Shown here piece after piece: positions 25,101-37,100 of a stretch of 37,414 nucleotides of DNA. Location: IMG/VR virus record IMGVR_UViG_3300037420_001267, positions 1-37,414 of that record, one strand, 5' to 3'. How positions within the stretch are numbered: the stretch's first letter is position 1; every line of letters starts with the position of its first letter. The notes under the pieces were generated by a model. The model was not told the DNA's origin, made no database searches, and saw only the letters and a program-made list of their open reading frames with translations. The translations under genes and the position numbers were made by a program. Source of the stretch: a virus. Its lineage: Duplodnaviria; Caudoviricetes.

Positions 25101-28100
25101 TGCGGATTTCATTGAATATCCGCTTATACAGCCCTTGCACCCGTCTGCGGTAGCGGCCTGTTCCGATTGGCACGTTAAACTCTTTTCGGATGTGGTTTAT
25201 GATATCCGAGCGGGAAACGGTGCCGTCCGTATCGAACGAGTTGGCGTTGTTTTGCTGTCTTGACGGCAGGAACGTGTTTTCTGTGACGCCGCCCCCTCCG
25301 TTTGGCGGTGTAGGGTCCTTGTCAAATGCCGGTTCAGGGTCCCGTTCAAACAGGAACTTCATCCGGAACTGCTCAATCGGGTCGCCTTTCTTTTTGTACT
25401 CTCCGCCGTAACGGTGCATATGCCCCCGGAAGGATTCAAATTGGCTGCTTGGAATGTTCTTTAAGTTTTTCACCAGCCAAATCTCTTTTCCGGTTTGCGG
25501 GTGCGTCGTTTTTTCCACCGATACCGGGATGCCTTTAATGGTTCGCTCGGTCGGCCCGTTGTTTGGCGGTGTATTCTGCGGCGGTGTCTCGCCCTGTTGT
25601 TGCGGTGCCGCTTGTTCCGGTTCGGCTGTTTCGTTTTTGTTCCCAGCTTTCCGTACCCCTTGGCGGCTGGTCAAAAGTTCCGTGGTCTGCGTCGTGTTTT
25701 CGCTCAGGTTCCACTTCACTTCTACCCGTGCAGGAGAACCGTCAGTTTGCGGATACAGCTTTTGGATAGGCGCGGTCACTTCTTCCCCATCGTATTCAAA
25801 AGTGATCTCGTCACCGACACGGACCTTATCGCCATTGGCAAGGGTCAGGGCGTTCTCGGCTTCCTGTCTTTCCCGTTCCGCATTTTCTTCCCTAATGCGC
25901 TCGATTTCCCGAATACGGTTGGCGAAGGTGGTTTCTGTAATGCCGACAATATCAGCCCTCCGCTCGAAATCACGGATAAAGTCGATATCCCTCATTTCGA
26001 TTGGGTTCTCTACTTTGAATACGTTCACCGTGCGGTATTGGTCGTTTTCATCGAGGTATTCCACATTTTCTTTCGTTTCCACGACTTTTGCCGCATAAAC
26101 AGAAGTCACATAATCCGGTTTTTCGTCCTTTTGTTTCTTCTTGTTTTTGGATGGAACCGCCTGGTAGTCAATGCCGACAATCGTGTATAAGTCGCGCCCA
26201 CGCTGGAATACCGTGTCAAAGGAGTTCGTGAGTTCAAACTGGCGTGCTTCTTCCCGAAGGTCCGCCACTTCCGCCATCATTTGGTCGAGCTTTTCAGCGT
26301 CAGCGAACGGCTTGCCGCCTTTTTCCTGCGCTTCTTTCAGCGCTTTTTCATTCTTCGTAATGGTTGCTTCACCGCTTGAAGAATAGGCGTGCCTGGTAAG
26401 CGGGCGAATGGCGTTGCTGATTTTCAGCATGAACCCGTTCATATCGTTTTCAAGCGCCTTGTTTAATGTCTCAGATTGGTATTCAATCTGGTTTCCGTTT
26501 GAACCGGTGAATGACAATGACAGTTTTTTGGATATTTTGGAATTGCCAAATCCATAGAAAAAGGCTTCATAGCGTAAATCCAATCCGCCAATCTTGGCAA
26601 TAAAGTTGCTGGTTTCTCTGGTTTCTTCCACATCCAAAAGCGGCTTCACTTTTTCAATCAAGGCTTCACGGAACGCTTTTCTTGGGTTCCATTCGGACGG
26701 CTTTACATCTTCCGGCTTGTTTTCTTTCGAATATACCACACCGTCCATTTCGGCGATAAAGTCGTCGCCGCTGATGTCCACCGCCGCTTTTTCCGCTTCT
26801 TTCGTCGCTTCCAGCCTACGCTTGTTATTTTCGATGATGCCCGGCATTTGTTTGATGATATTGGCGTAATTCGCCTGTTCCTTGTTATGCTCCGCTTCCA
26901 GGTAACGCAAGTTGCGCAGTTCCTTTTCCGTGGATATTAGTTTTTTCATCGCTTCGTTTCCAGTTGCTTCTGACGAGATTTCGGAGTACGACAAAATTTG
27001 TTCCGCAATTTCTTCCATTGTTCGCACTTTGGAATCCCCGCTCATGACTTGGGCGATGAATTTTGCTTTTCCCTCCAGTGTTTTCCACATTAAAGCGTCA
27101 AAAGAACTCTCTGTTACATAGGTCTTGATTTTGACCTTCGGATTATAGTTTCCTTGGCGGATAATCCGGCCTTCCCGCTGTTCAATGTCCGCAGGGCGCC
27201 ATGTAGGGTCCGCATGGTGCAGCATGGTTAATTTGTTTTGCAAGTTCATCCCGACGCCCATCTTGCCCGTTGAACCGATCAGGACGCGAATCTTTCCTTC
27301 ATTGAACAGTTCGCTCAGTTTTTTCTTTTGGTCCGGCTTGCTGTAATCATGGATAAAGGCAATTTCGTTTTCTTTGACGCCTAGCTGAATCAAACGGTCT
27401 TTCAAGTTTTGGTACATAGACGCGCTTTCTGTGTCTACCCCTTCCTCGTCGGAACCGTCCTCATTTTTATTTTTGGAATCATCGTCAGCTTTTGGCACCC
27501 CAAGGTCCATGAATACAATTTGCGTGCCGTTGTCAAAGGTCTTACCAATCTTTTCATGCATATCTTCCCGCACGGGATTTCCTTTGGCAGTACGGAAATA
27601 TTCATCCGCCACATGCTCGGCCACCATGTTCAGCTTGCTCTCTTTTTCATTTTGCGCTTTGCCGTCAATGATGCGGTAGTCAAGGGCCAGTTTCTTTCCT
27701 TCGCCGGTCAGTTTCAGCATGTTGTCCATGTACGGCTCTACGCCGTCTGCAACCGCCGCTGCCCGTTTAATCATGATTTCCAAATACGTCTTTTGGTTGT
27801 CGCTCATCGTCGCCGTGACGGTTTCGCGCTCCGCTTCCGGACGTTTCAGGTACGGCAGATCATCCGCCATCTTTACGTCCGCCACGTCCTTGAACATGTT
27901 CATGAGTTCCGGAACGTTCGTGAATTCAGCGAACCGGGTCCGTTCTACAAATTTACCGCTGGTATTCAGCTCCACCGAGTTGATGGTGGTTCCGAATTGT
28001 GCGGCCCAGCCGTCGAAATGCTCCATTCCCATTTCTTCCAGCTTCTTCGGGGCCAAATAGCGAAGCATCGTAAACATTTCTGCCACCGAGTTTGCAATCG

Positions 28101-31100
28101 GCGTACCGGTCGCAAAAACCGTTTTCCCGCCCGTTTCATTCATATGGGAGGTTTTCATGTACATATCCAGTGAACGTTTGGCGCTGGAATTGGAAAGCCC
28201 GCCGATACTCCCCATTTTGGACGAATACATCAGGTTTTTAAAGTTATGGGCTTCATCCACAAATACCGCGTCAAACCCGATTTCCTCAAAAGGAATCGCC
28301 ACGTCTTTGAAGTCTGTCTTTTTCGCATTGGCAATCCGTGTTTCCAATCGCTCTATCGCCGCTTCGATCTGCTTGACGGTGAACGAACCGCTTTCGTTTT
28401 CTTCCAGTGCCGTTCTCAGCTTATCGACTTCCCGGCGCAGGAATTCTTCCTCAAATTCCGGTGACATAGGAATGCGCTCAAAGCTCTCATAGGTCATGAT
28501 CACCACGTCATAGTCTTTGTACATCACATCGGCCAGCGACTTGTAACGCAGCATCCGGTTTTTCTCGGAATCTTTTTGCACCTTTGCGATATCTCCCTCG
28601 CCTGTTCCCGTTCCCAACACCTTGATATTGGCGTTTGGATAAGCGTGCTTAAATTCCCGCGTATGCTGTTCGAGCATGAAACTAGGCACGACAAGAACCG
28701 GCTTGCGGATAATCCCAAGTCGGCGGCCTTCCATGATGGACACTTGCATTTCCAAGGTTTTACCGGCCCCTACGACGTGCGCATAAAGGGCGTTTTGCTG
28801 TTGCAGGGTGCGCACCACCGCATCCTTTTGGTGTTTCATCAGCTTGTATTCAGGAATTAACCCTGGGAATTGCTGGCCCCCATAAAACTTTTCTCCGTCA
28901 TATGTGCGCAGAACGTAGCTGTTGAACTTGTTGTTATACAAGTCGGTCATCTGTTTGGACAGCTCCGGTGATGAACGGATGTAATTGCGGAATTCCTGCA
29001 ATAGCTGGTCGCCTTTTCGGCGCAGGACGTTGGTTAAGCGTTCCCGTTCCACTTCTAGCTTTTGGAAACTTCTTAGGTTTTCCTCTTTAATGGATGCCTT
29101 TAACGAACGCTGGTTCATCATTACTTCGATAATGTCAGCGGCACTCCATTTCGCATGGCTTGTTTTGGACCCTCTCGGGCTGATAAGGATATGGTCGTCA
29201 AGACCGTAGGTGACGGTGTTTTCATGACTTCCCCAGCGGTTATAATGGTCCGAATCTGAATCGACCGTCCACGAAGCGGTGTTGGTATTGAAGCTGACCT
29301 TTGGCTCCATGATGTTCAGCTTATCGCGCAGGAAGTCTTGATATACCTGTACCGGAATCCATTGCTGCCCGAAACGGATGCCGTCAACCACTTGGTCGGT
29401 CGTTAACCGCGTCGGCAGGATTTCCTCTAATGCCGCTTGCTGCTTTTGGTATTCAGGCCGCCCCTGAACAAATTGCAGTTTTTGGTAGATATCGCCGGAC
29501 AGATATTCGTCGGCTGGAACGTAATCGGCTTTTTCCGGGTCAAAGTACACAAGGTTCTTTTCGTCCAGTTCGTTGATCACGTTGTCCACGTCTGACTTCA
29601 TCAGGTCGGAAATCAGGAACAAGTCAATTTCCCCGCGGTTGGCAAGGGAGACAGACAACGCATTTTCAATGCTTCCCTTTACGTCAATCGAAATGTCCGG
29701 GAATTGCATACGCTTGTAGAAGAAGTCAATCTTCTCCCAATTCTTTCCTTCCTTGTGTTCCAAGGCACGCAAAGCGACAAGGGTTGCCACGTCTTTTTGG
29801 AGCGGGTCCAGCACTTTTGCTTGGTTGAAATGGCCGTGTGCTTTGACAAACGCGTCATATTGTCTGTTGAGTTTTTCCCGAATCGGTGCCAACTCGCTCG
29901 ATTTTTTGTTTTTGTCACGTTCTAATCGGCGAAGTTCTATAGCTGTATCCCGGACGGACAGCGCCCCTCTTACAAGCGCCTGGTGTTCATCCTTCACATA
30001 GAAAGGAACCCACTTGCCGTAAGTGTACTGGACGAATTTTCCTTCCCGCTCATGAACAGCCCCGTCATGGATGCCTTTTTCATACGTCGCCCAATCTTCC
30101 TCAATGGCGTTTTCCACCTGAATGATGGTATCGTCTTTGACAATCGGCACGAATGCGTTTTTGAATCCAGATAAGACCTTAGACAGCGCCTTTTTGAATT
30201 TGGATGCGAAGTTGTTGGCCACATAGCGCAATTTCTTTTTGCCCCATCGGTCCGTATCCGCTTCAATGTCGCCCGCCACTTGGTCAGGGTTCTCCACGAA
30301 ATACTTGTTAATGCGCCCTTCATCATCGCTGCTTTGCTTTGCCCCTTGATACAAGATGGAACTCTTGATATCCGCTGGTTTTATCCCCATTTGAATTTTA
30401 TCCGGGTCCTTCTTGCGGAAGAAAATAATATCTGTCGCCACGTCTGTTCCGGCGTCTTTAAAGGCTGCGTTTGGCAGGCGCACGACTTCCAGCATATCGG
30501 CATGTTCCATCAGATATTTACGTGTGTTGCTGTTTACCTCATCGGAATTGTCCATTGTATTTGTTGCGGTAATCAATACCCCGATGCCGCCTGGACGAAG
30601 TAAATCCATGCTTCGCACCAGGAAGTAGTTATGAACCTTCCTTGTGACCCATGCCATCTTGATGGCGGCCCTTGTTTTGGTTGCCGCTTTGTCTTTGTAA
30701 TCCATATCCACCACGGGAATATTTTCACCGAATGGCACGTTCCCGATCACTACGTCAAAGCTGTTATGGGCAAAAGATTTCTTTTCAAACGCGCTATGGT
30801 AGTGAACCTGTTTCGGATACAGATACTTCGTAATCAAGTATGTGATGCGGTCGCGTTCGGTCGTAATGAATTTGGTGTTCTTTTTCATTTCCTCCGGCAT
30901 GGACCCGATAAACATACCTGTTCCGACGGACGGCTCCAATACGCGCCCGCCTTTGAATCCGGCTTCTTCCAAGAAGCGGTACATTTCGCTGGCAATCTCG
31001 TAATTGGTGTAGAAAGAAGTGTTCGTCGATTTCCGCATATCGGCGTATTCTTGTTCTGTGAACAGGTCGTCGATATACTGGGCCAGTTCTTTGTATTCAT

Positions 31101-34100
31101 CCTTGGCTTTATCGAAGTATTCAGGCAGCCCGCCCCACCCTTGGTATTTCGCCAATACCTCTTTTTCCTCTGCCGTTGCTTGGCGGCTTTCTTCCTGCAA
31201 GACTTTCAGTAATTTCAGGGCGGCAATATTGTTATTGAAGCGGGTTTTCTTCCCGGATTCATAGATATTGCCCGTAATCACATGGTCTACTGGAATAGGT
31301 TTGCCATCAGCATTTCGAGGACTGTCCGGTATCTCGCCGTTAGTTCCTGCACGTTCTGATGATACTCCTTGCCCAGCGGTTGATTGTTCACGCTCTCCAA
31401 GATCAGCCGGTCCAGTTCCTCCGCCAGATTTTGTTCCGCCTTTAGAAGATACTGTTTCAGGCGTCCCGTCTTTTTGAGTTCCTTGTACATTTCCGGCTGG
31501 CGTTCCTCCAGGTACGCTTCCAGTATTGTTAGGGTTGGAAACAAGGTTTGCACCTTCTCTCTCTTTTAATTTTTTCAGGAATGGCGCTGGGTCGTCTAGC
31601 CATACCGGCCCATAAGTGCCAAATTGGAATTCATCGGCTTCTACCCGTTTGTCAAATTCACCATAAGGCATTTTTTCGCTCGCCTTTTTTGAATTCGGGT
31701 CGTACACGACGGTTACATCGCCGTTTACATCCATTGTCACTTGAATTAAGGTTCCGTCCTCTGTCAATCCCCGGCCCCATCCAAGATATTCCCTTCTCGC
31801 TTCGTTCATATCGAAAGCGCCGAGTTCCTTGTAGCGGTCTTGGAATTCCTTCGAATCATATTCCACCGGCAGGCCGAATTTCACCCGGTTCGCCACATAT
31901 ACATCAAAGGCTGGGCGAGGGTCCTCCATCGGTCCGAGAATGCTCTTTAGGAATGCTGGGTGCGCTCCTTTAGGCAACAATTTAAATAGCTGTGCTTCGT
32001 CTGCTGTGAAATTGAAATCCTTCGCAGAACGGGTTTCCCACGGCTGTTTATCTGTAACCCAGTAACCTGTGTTCGCTTTTCTTCTTAATTCTTCTTGTTT
32101 TTTACGATAACGCGGCGGCACGTTTTCATCCTCGCCCACAATGCGGATTCTGTTCACATCCAGAGGCAGACTGAACACTTTTCCTTTTTCATTCGCCAGA
32201 AGCACTTGCCCGTTTTCGTCAAAATGGTCAATGAAGCCTACCTGTTCGCGCCCGGTCCCGTCCGTGAAGGCGACTAACATATTTTCAGACAAGTCGCTCC
32301 GCTGGGTGTCGTAAAGGACCCTCTTATCCTCTTTTTCTCCTCTTGCCAGTTTCATATGTTCCGGATTGGTCACATCAAAAGGAACCAATACTTTCAATAA
32401 CTGTTCGGCTGGCATTGGGTTTACCCATTTTCCATTCTTTTCTCGGAACGTGCCATATTTTCCGCCTTTTACATCTTCGAACCATGAGGTTTGAACCGGC
32501 TGATCGCGGCGGATAAAGTCAGGCAGGAATGGCATATCCCCTTCCAGTTCCGATATATATTGAGCTTTCGGCTTGTTAAAGCGGTTAAAGTCAATATCAT
32601 CCATCGTATATCGTTCGATTTTATCGCCTGTTTGCGGCAGCTGGCTGATTTCATCGGCCAATTCTTGCAGAAGTTCCTCGTCCGTTTTCTCGGCTGGCGC
32701 TTCTTCAATTTCCGCATCCAAAAACTCGGTTCCGGTCGATTCCAGGTATTCATCCCAATCCGGGTCGTCCCAAGTTGTCATTTCCTGTGACTGCGTATAG
32801 AGGGATTTCAAAGACAAACGAAGTTTCTTGCCGTATTCGTTCATCATTTGTTCGGACCATTCCGCAAAGTCGACCACGCCGTCGGCCATCTTTTTCGCCC
32901 CGACAATGGCCGCCGCCGCATATAAATCAAGCGGTAAGGAGTTCATTCTGTCTTTGTTGTCATTCAGATACTTCTCGGCGTTCTTTGCCAGTTTATCCAA
33001 ACGAGACATTGGCTTGCTGTTACGGATTTTATCGTACTTCTGCGTAATTGGGTCCTGCTTGGTTTCCGGCGCTTTTGGTGCTGGCGCCTTGCCTTTATAC
33101 TTCTTCAAGAACGCCTGCGCTTGCTTGATTTGCTTCGGAATCTCATACGCTTCTATATCAGCATCCGTCATATCACCAAGGTCCATATTCATCCGTTCGA
33201 TGCTCCACTCGACTTCCTTAATCAGTTCTTCCATGCTGTCGAGCTTGGCACCATCGGAAACCACATCATCAAGCTGAATCTGCGTTTCACGAGGGAGTTC
33301 ATTGTAATATTTTTTGTAATCGAATGCTGTTTCTTTTGGCGCTGGTTTCGGCTGTCTTTGTTCAGATGGACGGTATTTGCTGATGAATTTTTTCAGGGCT
33401 TCAATGGCGTCCTTTTGCATTTTTGCTATTTGCTTTTCGGTTTTGCCCTCATCCCTTAATTCATCCAAATCATCGTTATATGTGTCGCCGCCCTCGATGG
33501 AATCTACCGCAAATTCAGCTTGGAAAATCAAATCCTCAATCGTATTTACACCGGCTAAAGGCTGGGTTTCCATCTTGATTAAACGATGTTTTTTCATTAA
33601 GGCTTGCGCTTCATTTACAGCCGTTTTAAACAGATCATTTTTCGGCGCGTCGATATCAAAATCGTCCAGTTCGCTCGGGCTGTCACTCATGATTTCATCC
33701 ATCATGGACGGCACCTTGCCCCCGACAACACCGGTCACTTTCATTTTTTCCGGATAGAACGCAAATACCTGGCTTTGGAGTTCCATAACCTCATACACAT
33801 GATTGTCTTTGAGGTATTGTTCCCAAGCACCATAACGGTCTTGCCCAGCTTTCCATTCAGGCGAACCTAAAGGGAAATCGTTTGAGCTGTCATTCGGGTT
33901 CCATCCTTGCGACTTATAGTAATTGTCATGGGTGAATTTGCGGTCTACATCCACCACAATCGCGTCATATCCGCGTTTTTTCAGTTCTCCGGTTTTTCTG
34001 TCCAGTAAAATAGCGCGGTCAATGCCTAGATCGTTTAAAAGTTCTTGAAGCTCGCTGTCGTTATGAAGCACGATTGGCTTTTCAAAACGCCCTTCGACTT

Positions 34101-37100
34101 GCAGGATTTTATCGTACACCGGCATACGGGCGGCTGCTCCATCAAACCAAGTTGGGTCGTCAAGATTTTGCGCCATATACAGACCGTCATTTCCGAATAG
34201 GTTGTCATGGTATTGGCGGTTGTCGTCGCCTACTGCCTTGAACCCTTCTTTTTCGATGCCTGCATAATTGGCGTTAGTGGTGCCGTGGAACCCTTTGAAG
34301 GTCATAGGCTTTCCTTCATAGCTCTTGGTGCCAAGCACATCCTTGATTTTGTCGGCTGATTTCTGGACCTTTTCATCCCGTGTATTACCTTTATCCTTAT
34401 TCACCCATCCGGAACCGTCTAAGGAATAAAGTTGCGGTACAGCATCCATTAGTTTTTTGTCCATTGTGCCGAGCATATGGAATCGGATTTTCGGATACTT
34501 ATGGACGATTTGATGCGCCCATTGTGTGCGGTTTGGCTTTCCGACAGAATTGCCAAGGGCAATATAGTCCGCGCCACGTTTGACATACCAATCAATCACG
34601 GATTCATCAGCACCATATGGATACACCGGAATAGGGTTCATGCCAATCTCTTTGAATACGTTGTACACAAATTGGCTGGCTGCTACCGCGTCGCCTGCCG
34701 CAGAACGGGAATCAAAGGAAATCACATGACTGACTAAATCCTTGTTCTTTTGCCAGAACTCAATGAAATTATGGATTTTGGTGCGTCCGCTGGAATCTTT
34801 ATCCAAGTAACCCACTTCATCGAGAATTTGTTCAGCCATTTGCTTATAATTCAGGCTGTTATTTACCGCTGTGTCGTGGATATCCAGCAGGCCGATATAT
34901 TCGCCGGTATTTGCGTATGTGAACGCCCCATTATCTAAAATGATTTCCGGCGTGTAACCGATCACGTCGATTAACTCGGTTTGCAAATCTTTGTTTTCCC
35001 AGCGTGGCATTGACAATAAGATGCGGGCTGGTTTTGCTTTTCTTACGGCTTCAATGTCTGTCGCATTTGGAGAAAGGCTGAAATACTTCCGGTCCTCTAA
35101 CAAATGCTGCGGTTCCTGTTTGTTACTATTAGTATTCTCGGATGGCGCTTTTTCTTCCTCCACCAATTCCACTTTATCCTGGTCGATATAGACCCCGCGC
35201 TTTTCAATCCCGGCCGCCACTTTCCGATACACTCGCAGTAAAACGTCGGTTGTTACACCTTCAACCGTCCACACGCCGCCATTCCAGCGGATTTTATCGC
35301 CCTCTTGATACGGGTTATTTAATTGCTTGATGATATCGTCCAGTTCTTGCTTATCCTTAACACCGTATTGAGTTTGCATTTCTTCTATGCTGTTGTCGGT
35401 GTCTTTCAGGAATTCATCAGCCGATTTCCACTTGTTTTCTTTCACTAGCGGGCGCAATTCTTCTTTGAATGCTTTCAGTTTTTTCAAGCGTTCTTTATTC
35501 TGCTTTACAAATTCATCATGTGGCGCACTTGCGTTAATTTCCCAGTCGCGGGTATTGATAGCATATAGTTTGCCATCATCGCCCTTTACAGTAGTTCCCC
35601 CAAATTCGTTTACGGTTTCTACAACCCTTTCGACGCCCGTTTGAATGTTGCGGATATGGTCGCCTGCTTTGAATTTTGGAGTATTCGGCGCTGGCGCGTT
35701 TTCTTCCTGTTCCTTACGAATGCGGCTGACATATTGTTGAAGCTGGTCAAGTTTCTTTTTATTTTTCTCTTGCCCGTAATCCAGCATCTTCCATGCGTTT
35801 GTAAACCCTCCGCCAATATGCGGTATCATACCCAAACGCGACATATATTGTTTTAGACGCTCTGGAATTGGACCATCAAAGGAAACAATATCCCTTGCGA
35901 TTTTGTCAATAGCCGGGAATGATTGGTCGGATGATTCTAATTTAATCGTACCGGCCTGAATGCGTCTTTTTACATCCGGTGCTAGAATTTGTCTCGTACC
36001 CACTAGTTTCGGGTGCGTGTAATCCTGAATGAGCAGTTCCATCGGCTTTTGGTTGGTTAAGATGTTCAGCACTTTTACTGGAATTTCTTGACCAAAGTGC
36101 ATGATATAAATGGTGTCGCCCTTTTTGATACCCTCAATTTCCGGTTCTTTTTCCGGCGCTTTTTCTTCCTGCTGTTTCAATACATCATAGGGCATCCCTG
36201 TTCGGAAGTGTCCAATAATCCCGTCTTTTTCCAAACGCTGGATAAACGCCCCTGCCGTCCAACTATCTAGCTGAAATTGCGTTTTAAGGTCCTCGAATTC
36301 TAGTTTTTCTTGGCCCATGACAAAGGTTTTGACCGTTTCATAGTCAACAGGTGCCGCTTTTTCTTCCTGTTTGCCATTCATCATGTCAAAGGTGGAAATC
36401 AATTCAGGCGCCATGACGCCCTCTTGGTAAAACTCAATCCCCATCTTGTCGTTAATGTCCCCTACACTGACGCCTTTTGGCAAGAGTAGGTCGCTGGTAT
36501 ATTCGCCCTTATTGTTTTTGCCCTTGCGGAATACCCAGGTAATCGGCTTTGGTTCTTCTCTATCCCAATGGCGCTTGATTGGGGTGAAGGTAGCCGCAAT
36601 CTGCGTCTTGGTTTCTTTGTATGCCACTTTCGGCAGCGCTTGGGTTTGGTCAATCACGCCCAGCGGTTTAGCGGTTTTCTTCGGTTCTTCTTGTTGCGGC
36701 TTGGGTTTTTCTTTTGGCGCTGGCACTACATCCCGTTTTTGCTGAACTTCTTTTTTCCATTTTAAAATTTCGCCAATGGACGGAGGTTCGTCGAACCCTT
36801 CTTCCACCATTCTTAGCTGAACATTTTCAGGTGTCACATCCAGCCTGTAACGGTAGATATCCTTAACAAATTGTTCTGCATTAAGTTTTGCTGGGGCTTT
36901 TTCCAATACCGTTATTTCATCGGTGTCCGGGCGAAGGTGTTTAGTAACCGCTTTTTGTCTTTGGTATTCCCCTTCGACTAAAGTCACAATGGTGTCCGCC
37001 GGGCGCTTGGTTCCAGGCTTACCAGCATCCCACGCATGGCCGGATACATAACCTGTTTTCGTTTCTCCGTTTTCCGTCCATTGGATATAATCGCCGCGAT

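Noticed and set aside
22177-36765. Numerous + strand ORFs antisense to the giant gene
   Set aside because: Shadow ORFs expected from codon bias; compositions are not protein-like.
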